Shown here piece by piece: positions 50,963 to 64,000 of a stretch of 64,000 nt of DNA. Numbering within the stretch: the stretch's first letter is position 1; every line of letters begins with the position of its first letter. The DNA is from Phoronis australis. Lineage: Eukaryota; Animalia; Phoronida. A program made the translations under genes and the position numbers. The notes under the pieces were generated by a model. It saw only the letters and a list, made by a program, of their open reading frames with translations, was not told the origin of the DNA and did not search any database. The stretch lies in the NCBI GenBank assembly GCA_002633005.1, contig NMRA01000101.1, positions 821,151 to 885,150 on the forward strand. The letters run 5' to 3'.

Positions 50963-52291
50963 CCTACTGTTCTTCACAACTGGCTCAAGGAAGCAACATT
51001 CATACACACAATTCACAGCTCCTGTGCTATGCAGATGGGGTTTCGTTGTGCTGGCGGCGATGGAGAATTGGTTCATGAAATAATTTTACCGATTTATTAT
51101 GTACGTGTACCCAGGTACACCTCTGTTTTTAGTTCTACTTTAATGATGTATAATTGACATTTGAAGTGGCTTTGACCAGAGCGTTATACTGGATGCAATC
51201 TCAGGTTGTTGACTGTGATGATGTGAAGAAATACCTTTTAGTTATTGTAATACACTGGCTGTAACAGGATGTGGATGGAGCACTAGTCAAAGGTGCACAG
51301 TAACCACAGTTAGAGTGTGATATCTACCCCCAAGTGGTGCTTGTGTGTGTGTGTGTGCGTGTGTGTGTTCTTCTTCATCAGATCACCTACCTAGCAAACG
51401 ATCTGTTGAAGGATGGAAAATTGAAAGTAGCATTTTATTAATTTAAAAAATAAGTCATGCTGTTTGTTAACTCAATTGTTAGTTTCAGTACCATGTGTTT
51501 TTATTTGGCAAGCTTTTAAAGCTAGATATTGTCTGTGTGACTGATCTGTCCCCATGATACACAGCTTGGTGAACGGAGTGTGCAACTACTTAGTTCAGTA
51601 CATGCTAAAACTAAATCATCGAAATACCACTTCCCGTGATGCATGTCTCGTCATGATAGGTCATTTCACTTGCTATTCTGACGGTGAATTCCATGTGAAG
51701 ACAGCTGCCATGACGAGGAGCCATGTTTACTTTTGGCGTGTTCTATAAGTCGTTTTAAACAGATGGATGTAATGTATAGTATGTTAAAATCAGCTTGATA
51801 TTTTTGAAACGCTGTGTATTGTTGTAGAGTTATACAATTCAGTCAGTGTTGATTCATCTACTCGTCACAGTTCCTTTCCAGGTAATGTCTCTTGAGACAC
51901 CAGGCAATTGTACAGTGTTTGATGTTAAAGGTTTCAGTAACTATCTGTGTAGGCATATCTGGACTTGTTTGTTTGGAGAGGTGAAGGATGTATTTGTTTC
52001 GAAAATTGCACCCAATGAAGAGGGATAGTCATACACATGTATGAACTATGAAGCACATAGTCATGCCAGCTACAAGTGTACCAAGAGCTTTTACTGAATT
52101 AACTGCTGTTTTAGTTCCGTGGTGTCACAATGCAATTTCTGGAATGTATCTTGCTTTTTATGAAACATGAACATTATTTTTTTAAATTTTGACAACTCTA
52201 TATTAATAGCTTATTGAATTATTGTTAAATTTATGAAATTGTATTAGAAAATTTTCCACTTAGTGTAATTTTAATCCTCTTTACTATTGTA

Positions 52292-52297
52292 AATAAA
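52292..52297 (+). terminator. Candidate polyadenylation signal of TRPC4AP
   Basis: AATAAA after a U-rich stretch ~1.85 kb past the stop. A convergent minus-strand AATAAA at 52881-52886 could serve UNC119. Confidence 0.4.
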
Positions 52298-54536
52298 AGC
52301 ATTCACATCAAGAATTCTAGCTTGTTTCTACAAGTCTACATTCTGAAAATCAGTCTACGGATGGCTTAACCTGTTTCATGAGATCAGGACAAGGCTGTCT
52401 GAAAATTTATTCAACTTTTGAGATGGGACTTATTTCATGCTAGTTATTACACTGTTCATGTGTTAGGCACCTTATGCAATTTTGAGGCCTAGCATATCTT
52501 GCGCCCTGCAGAAACTCAAACCCAACCTCCTACTCACTTTAGTTGCTTTTTGCTTCAGGTACTTTCAAGACTTGTACAAATTGAGCCAGATGTCTTTCTA
52601 CATTTTATTATCGGTCCATCTCCATTTTGTACTCCAATAAAGTGCCCTCTAATGATGAAGTCAATCAGAAATCACAGAAGATTATGCATTCATAATGAAA
52701 AAGGCGGACAATGAGTAATCACTAATGGGCCCCTTAATTATTGAGAGCACGTACCACCAGGGAGGACAATTGGCAGTGCTGAGGGATAATGAGGGTAATT
52801 ACTTCACTGCTTACCATCTCTTTTACACAGTTTTCATGTAAATCTTCAGAATGAAACATGTAGTTACCAATATACATAAATTTATTAAATATTAACTTCA
52901 GTCGAATACACTGAATTAAACTATTTCAATTTTTGATTGCCAACAATCAATAAGGTTCTTGAATATTGAATAAGTGAATGTACAAACTGCGCAAGGATTT
53001 GCTTGTTCAACAGGTAGAATAGCCTCACACCACCAAGCCAGTCAAATTAACGTCTGCCTTTAACACAGGGTCATATTGCACAACCACGGGACAATTAGCA
53101 TGCAAACACTTTAACAACACAAATGACACTGTGTCAGTAAAAGGAAATTGCATTCATTTAACCAAAGGTAAGATAGTAGTTTTTCGGTACATGCTTCCGT
53201 TTTGAAACTTGTCCAAATGGTAAAAACAAGTTTGCATGTCTAACAAGAAATTTCTTAACATAAGGAAATAGAAAATCAGCTTGTATGTAAAAACAAGTCT
53301 AAAATTTCCAGTAACTATCTTTGAAAACACCGACGACTACCTTTTACAATGAAACTTCACCAAATATTACATGGAATGTTAAGGCTCCTGTAAATAAATA
53401 GAATAAAAAAGTTAACATAAAAATGGCTCAACGGAAAACGTTACAGGGCAAAAGTCAAAAGCAAGGTCAAGGTGCAAACCCATACTAGCTGGAATGAGGG
53501 ACTGCCTGCACAGGCACACATATAGTATACAACATACTACAGCAAGATGGTTTACTCAACCAACTGACAACAGCGTACATTTAGAAAAAGATGAGAACGA
53601 CTGATCGAAACCTCTACCTCTCATCAAAATTAACCTGCTGAAACAACAGTGATAAACAGGTCATAAAGGTACAGCCATCACTTAAGCTTGATAGGCACAA
53701 AGTTGTGTGAAAACAGAAATGAAACAACTTTATAACCGATTGCAATGACACTAATCACAGTCCAGTTCCACCAACCAGCAAATTTGCAAGTTACCAGCAT
53801 GACAATATTAGTGCCACTACAACACAGTCAAATTAAACACTAAAAGTAGAGGTACTAACCACACGGAGTATAATGAACACACAGCATCGCCTTGGCTATT
53901 TATTTTTAACACTTACACAGTGTACACAACATCTTTCAGCAGAGTTTCGACCAGTTACAAAAACAGTTGGAGGGAGGAAGAAACATCTGCCGCAGGCTGA
54001 GGGACATAACTTCTCAGAGAGCCAGCCTGTCACATTCAGCAGTCATGGCCCACCCCAGCTGTGCTATAAACGTTCAGACAGATGCTCATTGCTCAAACAT
54101 GTCAAACAGTAGTTATACTAGTCATATAAAAATAACCTTGCCCTTGTGAAAAGATTGTGATACAAGCAAACTGGAAAAAGAAACAAAAACAAAGAGTTTC
54201 AAAAGGAACAATCACAAAAACTGGACGGAAATAAAATTCTTAAGTATGGTGATTAGGACTGTTAATACGAAAAAAAGAACCGCACGAATTCACCAATAGA
54301 TCTGACTAGATCAATAGGCCCTGCAGCACAAGTTGAGTATGCAAAACATTCCTCCATACCAATTCCCAAGTGCAAACATAACTAATATTAAATTTTGGCA
54401 GTCCTTGAACAAAAGAAGTGAACATAGTTCTCTTGGCAATACTTTGCCAACTTATAACAAAAGACGTCTCCAACTGAGATCACACATGTGTGAAGGAAAA
54501 CCTGAATGAGAACACACAGGCCGTCCAACTCTTAAG

Positions 54537-57500
54537 TTAAGCCGTCTGTGTTCCTCCATTATACGCGTAGTCTGCCTTGTTGTGCATGATGAGTTTCTCC
54601 TCCACGAAGTAAAAACTATCCGACCTCGTCTCATAGGGGCAATCTACCATTTCTTTAACTGTCAAAAGAAGGCAGAAATGTGAAGTAATGTACATAAACT
54701 AAACACAACTGTTTAAAACTGATATTATGCATTGAGCATTGCTTTGATATCAATGATAGGCAGTTTCATTACAAAGTATATGCAGAGGAATGTAAGAAGA
54801 ATTTTGATTAAAGAATTCACAAGTATGCCTCCACTGTAGAACAACAACAGATACGTCTAGTTTGCCTAGGCTGACCAGTGGACCAACAGCGGGGGTACAG
54901 AATGCCTAGGCCAACCACTGGACCAACAGTGGGTATACAGACAGCCTAGGCCAACCACTGGACTGGCAATGGGGTACAGACTACCTAGGCTGTTCAGTGG
55001 ACCAACAGTGGGTGCATAGACCACCTAGGACAACCACTGGACCAAAACTGGGGTCCGTTCAAACTCACTAGGCCAGTAACTGGATCAATAGAGGGGTCCA
55101 AACTCACTAAGTCACTAGATCAACAATGACGTTCAGACTCACTAGGGCAGCCACTGGATCAGCAGTGGGGTCCAAACTTACTAGGCTAGTCACTGGATCA
55201 ACAGTGGGGTCTAGACTCAATAGGCCAGCCGCTGGATCAACAGCGGAGTCCAGATTCACTACAGCAATCACTGGATCAACAGTGGGATCCAGACTCACTT
55301 AGCCAGTCACTGGATCAACAGTGGTGTTCAGACTCACTAGGCCATGCACTGGATCAACAGTGTGATCAAGACTTACTGCACTAGTCACTGGATCAACAGT
55401 GGGGTCCAGATTCACTAAGTCACTGGATGACCAGTGGGATCCAGACTCACTAGGCCAGTGGCTGGATCAACAGCTGGGTCCAGACTCACTTCAACAGTCA
55501 CTGGATCAACAATGGGGTCCAGACTCACTTAGCCACTCGCTGGATCAACAAAGGGGTCCAGACTCACTTGGTCAGTCACTGGATCAACAGTGGGATCTAG
55601 ACTCACTAGGCCAGTCGCTGGATTAGCATGGTTTCAAGGTGGATCTCCTATTTACACAAAACACTAAATGCCTTGACCTAAAGTAGCAAGCAAGGTGAAA
55701 GCAGGATATCTCTAACTTACCTTCTTCTGCAGACAATGGTGGAAACTCATAGATGTGTTCTACCGTGTTTTTGCTTCGAGGGATGCAGAAACCGAACTCG
55801 AAGTCAAAACTTTTAAGAAGTCTATCTTTAAAGTAATGCCTCTCTATCATTCGGAACTTGTTCACTGGTTTTTCACCAACAGTGAATTCCACACTGAAAT
55901 TGAGAAAAACAAATACAAGACTTTCAACAAAGTTAACCCAGCACTTTGTTCAAATTAACTGAGTGACAGTAGCTTTGAATGTAACATGAACAATCTCTAG
56001 ATTTCCCTATAAATTTCTTGCTTTGCCAAATCTTTCAAACATTCACACAAAAAATTCTGTTCAGAAATGCAAACAGTATTTGTTTGATCTCTCAAACAGA
56101 CAGCTGTGTCAGCATCTTAAACCAGCTTTACCTACAAGTTAATAGATCATCTTAATCAAACATTAAGAAAAGACAATAACCCACTGTATATAAACAAGCA
56201 GACAAGGTCAACTTTTGTGGCACCATTTTGAGTTGAGAAACTGATATCTGACAAACAGGCAACATTCGAGACACTGTTTCGAGTAGAGAAACTGATATTT
56301 GACAAACAGGCAACTTACGTGGCACCAACTGTTTTGAGCTTGAGAAACTGCGGTGTGAACTGATATCTCACAAACCGACCTGCATTTGGATCTGTGTCAT
56401 CCAGGTCAATGTCAGGGTCAACATCATCGTCTGCAATGAACCATATTTCATTAAATATAACTAGACTGAAGGTAATTGGCTACCTTCGAACCAACAATCA
56501 AATTTCTTAAAGTCATGAAGGACCCTAGAAAAATGTCCAAATTTGGCTTTCTTCAAAACATCTCATCTAAGGAAAAAGGTAACCAGATTCATATGAAACT
56601 TTCAAGGGTCTTGGTTGTTACAGAGATACACCAACAGACAAAAATGTCACAGGGGGCACAGCAGTAAATGGATCCATCCAAAAGCCGTGCTCTCATTAAC
56701 AGAGACATATTTCACTTTCTTCTCCGTTGACTCCTAATGTAAAATAAAATCTCACCAATTTCGGACAAAAGTTATTGCTAAAAATTGCCCGTTTTTGTTT
56801 TCAAGGGGTTCTTAGATCTTTGCGAATATCCACAATTTTTCAAAATATTATCTGGTGGTCTGTGGAGCAGAACTTCAACAATGTGGCAAAGCATAAATTT
56901 GGGGCTACATATCTTTGAGGGAAAAAGAAAGAAAATAAAATTAATAGTCTGGCACATTGTGTCGTCAAAGTGGTGACATTTTACTACACAAGACTTTCTT
57001 CATAAACTTTGTCATCAGTGATGATGATGATTACAACGGTGACCATGACAATAATGATGACGTTGTTGTTTTCAGTTTTGTCACAGGTGTTGGTAGCATC
57101 ACTGTCCATAGCTTAGTCGGAGTCATGGGCATTCTGTGGCACGACTGATGTCAGTGGTGTACTACAGTTGGCAACATTGATTTTGGAAGTCAGTGACATG
57201 GTCAGTGTTAATGGCTTTAAGATCCTTGTCAGTTCATCAGCAATGTCACCAGTGTTGGAGGTGACATCGTCATCTTCAGCTACATTGTTGGTGTTACTGG
57301 CAGCAATGTTGGCGTTGCTGACAGTGTCTGCGGCCTTGTTGTGGTTTTAGAAGCAGTCTCCTGCATCCTCGTTGGAGTCATGGTAATTGTCGTCTATGGT
57401 GTAGCTGCCTTTGTCGTCATACTCAGTTCTTCTCAACTGATTTTGTCAAGTGTAGCATCGTAGTTTGTCTAAGGCTGTGTCACCAAATTGAGTGGATGGA

Positions 57501-58609
57501 GGAAGAGCCAATCTCGTGACTCGTTAATTCCTCATCAACACCAATGCAGTATGTGAGCGGTTGGTGTCAATTAACCTAATTCTTTGCAATATTTTTCTCC
57601 AAAATTGCACTCTTGGCATTTTTGACATGGTTTCCAACGCAGATGGAATCCCGCGATGCTACGCCAATTACACAATGCTTTTCATTGGTCACTCATGACC
57701 TCAACTGATCAATCATGACAGGGAAAGACTGATATGCAAATTACATGATGTTCTGGTACTTGGGATATGTCTTATTGGTTCGATCTTGAACTCTAAATTT
57801 CCAGATTTTTCTATCCTATTCTTCAACCATCCCACACTTCAAAACGTCATACAACTCGTCTGTACTAAATTTCATCATGATCTATCTGTCAGTTTTTCAG
57901 AAAACTGACAGATAAGCAAAGGTAACGAAAGGCAGATAATGGATAGACAGGACGTAGACTATATGAGGTCACAACTCACTTTGTGTGCATATAAAAATCA
58001 GCTAGGTGGCCAATAATAACAGTACAAGACAAAAGTAAATAGACTTAATACCATTTTCCCTCGTGACGGCTAATTCTTTTAACATCAACAGTGATTGATA
58101 ATAACCATTAGAGTGACAAAAATTATAATTAGAGAATGGCATGGTCACCTAAATAACTTTGCTGTTAATTTCCCTTAATTGTGTAACTATTCTGGCACTG
58201 AATTTGGGTTCGGAACAGCCATTATGAAGGGGAATTCTGAATCATTTCGTTTGGATACTTTTGGCTTGCACTGCACTTCCTGCATGCTACAACTTTATTC
58301 ACATGGGCACTTAAAATGGGCGGAAGTTGATCAGGCGCAAATTTTACTACCTCAGAGGTGGAAAAAATGTCACACCTGTGTTGCACGAGTTTTAACTTTT
58401 ATCTTAATGCTGACTTGCGCCAGATCATCTTGTTTCTCTGTAACTTGCACAGGTGAAAGTGACCGACTGGACACAACACAGGGAAGTGTACTCACCAGTC
58501 ATGGCTGGTTTAGCGACTTCAAATAACACAGTGTTGGAGTCGAGGTCCCTCAACTTGAAGCGGGTGAAGTCAATGTTGTACACATTAGCATCAGGAGGAC
58601 AAAGGTAGT
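54537..58609 (-). CDS. UNC119: Protein unc-119 homolog (5'-partial; first coding exon not found in window)
   Basis: Minus-strand exons 58496-58609, 56319-56430, 55721-55893, 54537-54658 (TAA), phase-compatible: [34 protein letters not shown] / [25 protein letters not shown] / [38 protein letters not shown] / [29 protein letters not shown]. Confidence 0.95.
54860..55625. repeat. Minisatellite, 39-bp unit x~19, in the last UNC119 intron
   Basis: cactggatcaacagtggggtccagactcactaggccagt repeated with variants. Confidence 0.92.
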
Positions 58610-58996
58610 CTGCAAAGTAATTGAACATGTCACGTGCTGGTAATCCATGCAAAACAACCAATGTGACAATAAAACACCTGAGCTGGAGACATGGGCTACA
58701 CATTCCTTGATCAGATCCTTTTATCTATCCATGGATAAGCTAATATTATAATTTTAAGACATTACAATATTGTGTGGAGCATAATTGTGACCAAACGTTG
58801 CCTCATACAGCACAGGTGTCCATGAAAGGTGTCTTGTCACAAAAGAACCGATCATTTGGAAGCAGCATGCTGGATCAGTAATGTTGATATTGACTTGAAA
58901 CATTGCAGTACAATTCAAGCCTGATGAAGCTAATGTTACATGACTTCCGGTTGTGACGACACATAAAGCCTCTCCAAGTCGCTTGCCAAGCGGCAA

Positions 58997-59067
58997 TTGG
59001 CTCTTGGCCGAATGGTTTAGACCCTTGGCCATCGCTCGTGTAACCTGGGTTCAAGTCTCGGAGTCAA
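58997..59067 (+). pseudogene. Degenerate tRNA or tRNA-derived SINE head
   Basis: A-box tggccgaatgg, B-box ggttcaagtc, acceptor-like stem ttggctc/gagtcaa; the anticodon arm does not pair. A similar minus-strand head lies at ~50155-50216. Confidence 0.4.
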
Positions 59068-59428
59068 TGAAATTTTCTACACTAACAAGCAAGCAATGGG
59101 GTCATCCGGATTACACAGTGAAAGAACTCGCTTTTATCATGGAGGCAAAAAAGTGCATTTTTTTTCACTATCCTCATTTTGAAATGTTAGGCACATTTTC
59201 ACAGGTTGAAAACTGCTGAGCTGTATGGTCGATACGGAGTTTGGGAATATTTCTTTTTTGAAAGTAACAATGGTATTCCAAGTATTACAAGAAAGTTCTG
59301 TTCTGAAGGTGTGCTAATGTGTAGCTGGTGGCATTTTGTAGGTTTAACAGTTCAACTTTGTATAGACAATGGTAAGAATGCTGATAACTTGAACAATTCG
59401 CTTTTAACCAATGATATTGAAAAACATT

Positions 59429-60953
59429 AAAGAGCAACGCAGAGTGTTGAAATGCGCCCACAACTGCACCGTATACGGTATCCTTCTAGGGTTGTTTATT
59501 GGTACCATAAAGTGGCCAGTAGAAGGCACATATGTAGTATGTTGTACTTTGCAAAATGGAAAGGCATGGTCACTGTCTCCTCAATAGGCTAGGGGCAAAA
59601 TGTGAGTGATCTTCATAATACAAGCACATCCTATACATCAGTTGCTTAAAGCACCACAGAAACACAGAATTAAAAACAAATTTACCAACATACGAGATTA
59701 GCACAGCATTAGAATACCAGAAACAAATTTCTACTTGGAACTTTTCCTTCATAGTCACGAAGTAACACAAAGTATACACATGAAGACCTATGAAAATACA
59801 GAGGTCAATGTAAAATACTAAAATTGCCACTAGAGGCAAATACTAAAATTGCCACTAGAGGCATACCGGTAGTCAGAATCATCCTAAAGTCGTCATCGTC
59901 CGTTGTCAACATCACATAAATACACTTGCTAAATTTAGTAAAGATCCTGCAAACGGTTTGGGAGATACAGCCATGGGCGCAAAAAAAAAAAACTGCCACT
60001 AGGAGGCGCCACAGTAGTCCAAATCGTCTGAAAATCATTGTCAGCTGTCTTCCTTATAGTAAGCACATACACGCCAATTTTCACAATCATCCTTTGAGCG
60101 GTTTGGTTGATAGAGGGGTGGACGCAAAAATACAGACTCGAAAACAGTAAAAATGGCCACTAGGTGGCGCAAACTACGTCGAATCCATCTGAAAACAGTA
60201 GGATAGCGTCATCTCACTAATAGGTGCCTACATACCAAATTTCATGAAAATCCGTTCAATACTTTTGAAGATACAAAGGTAAGCGTAAAAAACTAAAATT
60301 GCCACTAGGGGGCACACCGGTAGTCGGATCCGACCAAAAGTCGTCATCTTCCGTTGTTAACATCATATAAATATACTTACACAATTTGTAAAGATCCTGC
60401 GAACGGTTTAGGAGATACAGCCATAGGCGCAAAAAAACAAAACTGCCACTAGGAGGCGCCACAGTAGTCGAAATCGTCGGAAAATCATCGTCAACCATCC
60501 TCTACATAGTAAGCATATACATGCCAATTTTCACAATCATCCTTTGAGCGGTTTGGTTGATAGAGGGGTGGACGCACAAAAACAGACTCGAAAACACTAA
60601 AAATGGCCACTAGGTGGCGCAAACTATGTCGAATCCATCTGAAAACGGGAGGATAGCGTTATCTCACTAATATGTGCCTACATACCAAATTTCATGAAAA
60701 TCCGTTCAGGACTTCTGAAGATACAAAGGTAAGCGTAAAAAACTAAAATTGCCACTAGGGGGCACACCGGTAGTCGGATTCGTCCGAATGTTCGCACATG
60801 CCGTCCCATTCATGATTGGAACATATGTGCCAAATTTCATGAACGTATGTCAAAGGGTTTTGGAGATAGAGCAGCAGACGCCGCCCGAACGGACGGACGG
60901 ACGGAGATGACGGCATAATGCGTCCACATATAAATATGTGGGCGCATAAAAAA
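59429..60953. mobile_element. Helentron-associated (HINE/DINE-1-like) non-autonomous element with internal 450-bp tandem repeats
   Basis: Internal repeat with exact 450-bp period (59851, 60301, 60751), (GGAC)n microsatellite at ~60890-60904, terminal hairpin atgcgtccacata-taaa-tatgtgggcgcat (60918-60947) followed by an A-run. Left boundary approximate. Confidence 0.65.
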
Positions 60954-61636
60954 TAGTTGTCCCTTCTAGGTAAAATTTTCCTGATTTTTGTAGATGAAAA
61001 AAGAGACCTTATGTACAGTTTTAAACTCCAAACGTGGGCCTCCTTCTAGGTAATTACATCACAAAAGGTACTCTTTAATGACAACTTTGTTGGAAAAGGC
61101 ACCATTGCATACAGAAACGGTAGTGAAAATGTAACCTTTCTGAACAGTACGTCCTAAATACCTGTTCTACGGGAGTATACCACAGGCATTTAGTGATCAG
61201 GTACTTGCCAAATTGGATGCTGGGTCCAAAACGTAATGCATACAAATAGAGAAAACATGGGGGCTTGGGTACCAGTAGACATTTATAGTGAATTACTCCA
61301 ATATTGCATCAACTATGAAATTCTATGCAGTTGTGAACATGTGCATGCAAGACTTTTACACATTAATGCATGCAGACTTGACCCATTAACGCACTAATCT
61401 ATTCCATGAAGGGTTGATGTACTGCGAAGATGAATATTTATAGTTTATCAGAAGTGTTTTTAACAAGTTGGTGTGCTTTTAGCCCCAGACTCCTCATGGC
61501 AGTGTTTTGTGGATGTTTCCTGATTAATTTTTACACACTTTTTGCTATTTGAGTGAACAGGGCTAATAATTCTATTTTTGTGTTCATGTGAAAAACCTTC
61601 AGCACATAGATGCACAATTTTACACTGACAAGACTA

Positions 61637-61800
61637 CAGGGGCAAATCCAAGATTTTGAGTAAGGGGAGGCCAGGGCAGAGTATTAACCAGGATTTTGCC
61701 CATCAGACATTTCCACCCCAAACTACCAAATGGAATCTGGAAGGAATTTTAGGGGAAGGCCCCCTTGAAACCCCCCCCCGCTACCGTAAATCAGCCACTG
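61637..61800. mobile_element. Short GGCGGATCC-type MITE, degraded
   Basis: caggggcaaatcca ... aaatcagccactg ends with G/C-run interior. Confidence 0.4.
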
Positions 61801-64000
61801 GACTATTTAAATATTTTGTTCAATCCTAGCACTGCTGTATGCATAGTAAACATGGTTGAACAGGTGTCAGGTATTTCACAATCATAAATGCACTGGTGTT
61901 TGGACAGAATTAACCTGAATCAGTAAACTTAAAGTAAAACGTCACTTGAAACACTGAGTACACATAAACATTTAAGTAAAGGGACATTCCTTCAACACAT
62001 CGAAATATTAATGCAAGGTTTTCGAAACACCATCTTGCAGTATCATCCATAACACACAGTCCACAAAACAAACTGCAATATAACTTGGGTGTACTGTCAT
62101 CTAACTGCCCAAGCCTGTCTGAAAGGTTCAAGGCCGTCTAGACATCTACAGCTTGTACCCAGATGCTGATTAAAGTGTCAGTTGGTAGGACGTGTTTTTG
62201 ACCCCAGTTTATGTTAAAAGTGCATGGAAAATATTGTTAATATGCTTTTAACTTGTTACCTAAGTACATTACACAATGTTTAATGAATGCCTTCACCATT
62301 TAGAGCATACTCAATCTCATACAATCAATAACATTACAGCATTTACCTCCACTAATTCAGGTAATCTTCCCGGGGTGAAACAAAACAATGCTATATCTCT
62401 AAGCAAGATCATGAATAAATTATTAACATACTTGTGTAAGTGTTAAGATTTGAACAACACAAAACAAAATCACTTGGGCTTGGATGAGTATGACCTAGCT
62501 CTGAATATTTAGAGGGAGATATAGGACATAAACATTTTGTAGAAGTTACATTCTGACTTCCTAAAACAACTTTGAGGTGGTGATGCATTTAGGATATCTC
62601 AAACCTTACACAAAAATTGGCCGTTTTTACAATATTTCATGGCTAGCAAAGTATCTTATCTTCATTCTCCGGGAACCTCAAATACCAAACATACATGGTG
62701 AAGCGAGAAAAAAAATGAAAGCCCTCAGAGGAGCGACACTTGGTGAAATTGACTGATAAGACGACAGTGGAGATGGTGGTGGTGGTCAGAAATGAGTAAG
62801 AAATAATCTTGTTCAACAGAAGGTAAACCAACAAAAGTGCAGCAAATATCAGTCATCAAAGGAACAGCGTTATCAGGAAATCCCAAATAATTAAAAAACA
62901 AGACGTCCTAGCGAAAATGAAAAACAGCTTCTGGAACCCTAACAAAGTAGTTTCACAAAGTTCCACAAAATTTTCGAAAAATTTAAAATTTAGCATTTTT
63001 TTGCAATTGAAAGTCAAAAACCTCAAAAACGGTAAGTCTGAGAAAAATTGTTATTCGGGTAAGATCATTTGAAAGAGTATACCTAAAAGAATCCACATCC
63101 AAAAATTCACGTCATTTGCTCTTCCCGTTCAAAATGGCACCCCAGCACAATTGAAAAGTGATGAAAATGCGACTTTGCCCATCTTCAGGTATTACAGCAT
63201 TCGTAGAAGAAAATACAACCCAAGTGCCCACCATTAGTGTATCATACACCCGCTCATTCTTATGGCTATGCTGTAACACCTGAAGATGGCGGGAGGGGGG
63301 GGGGGGGGNTGGAATGACCAACCAAACCATTATGCCAGTGTAAACATGCTAGCGATTGGTGTAAATAGACCATTTTAAAATATTATGTTTTATTCTGTCC
63401 CAATTAAAACTTGTCACTTCTAATTTGTAAGGATATACAGATTGGCTGTTACTCAATTACTCAAATAAATGCATCAAACTAGCCAGAAACTCATTGTGAC
63501 ACGTAGCATCAGCATGGAACAGAGAGAGGCACTGTCACTACTGTCTAAGTTAGATGTTGAAAAATGGAGAGCAGTGAGTGACAGACAGAGCAATCATCAC
63601 ACTGCTTGGCACCAACTAATCTCACAAACATTTTCATTGTGACACATGCATTCATTAAGTTGACAAATGAGCAAACACATAATTATCTAGTTAAATAGAG
63701 AGATGAAGTTGTATAATCCACTACTTAAACAATACCCAACTCAGACACAATACAGACTTGTGACTGTGGCATAACATACATGTAGACGGTTGTGTGTAGC
63801 ACATCTTGAATTCCACTGTGTAGTCACCTTGTTCCAATAAGAATTACAGTGAAAGTGACTAGTGTACATGGATAAGAAGACCTGTAATTTCGCTAATATA
63901 AATCTACAATTTTGCACAAAAATAGAAGCCACAACTTCAAAAGACTGACCGAGACTGTTTACAAACATACCACACTCATTGGATCCTGAATGAGCAACAT

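Noticed and set aside
55107-55626. Periodic ORFs (SLDPTVDPV.., [12 protein letters not shown]..)
   Set aside because: By-products of the 39-bp (13-codon) intronic minisatellite; no start or splice context found.
58997-59067. Functional tRNA gene
   Set aside because: The anticodon stem does not pair and the T-stem is weak; kept only as a degenerate tRNA/SINE head.
63289-63312. G-run as a G-quadruplex element
   Set aside because: Contains an ambiguous base (n), so the homopolymer length is unreliable.
58610-64000. First coding exon of UNC119
   Set aside because: No minus-strand segment resembling the expected N-terminal motif with a phase-1 donor was found; it probably lies beyond the window.

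Overview
Eukaryotic, AT-rich animal genomic DNA with spliceosomal GT-AG introns. The repeat types suggest a marine invertebrate such as a mollusc, but the species cannot be determined. (1) 1-20.5 kb: three tandem copies of a ~7-9 kb unit. Each carries a 6-exon gene for a small secreted CTHRC1-like protein (signal peptide, short coiled coil, CTHRC1 C-terminal domain, no Gly-X-Y collagen repeat), followed by a decayed L1/Tx1-type LINE. Copy 1 lacks exon 1, which lies before the window. (2) 21.4-25.5 kb: an old LINE fossil and MITEs. (3) An intronless 502-aa orphan ORF (minus strand) head-to-head with a complete 22-exon TRPC4AP gene (28625-50452, 760 aa). (4) The four 3' coding exons of a convergent UNC119 gene (minus strand). 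The most notable observations are the collagen-less CTHRC1-like family with an RLQKVE trimer motif and loop-restricted variation, repeated minisatellites that duplicate splice junctions of TRPC4AP/UNC119, and a Helentron-type element carrying regularly spaced CTCF-consensus motifs. All homology calls were made by eye from translations and remembered family motifs; no searches were run.
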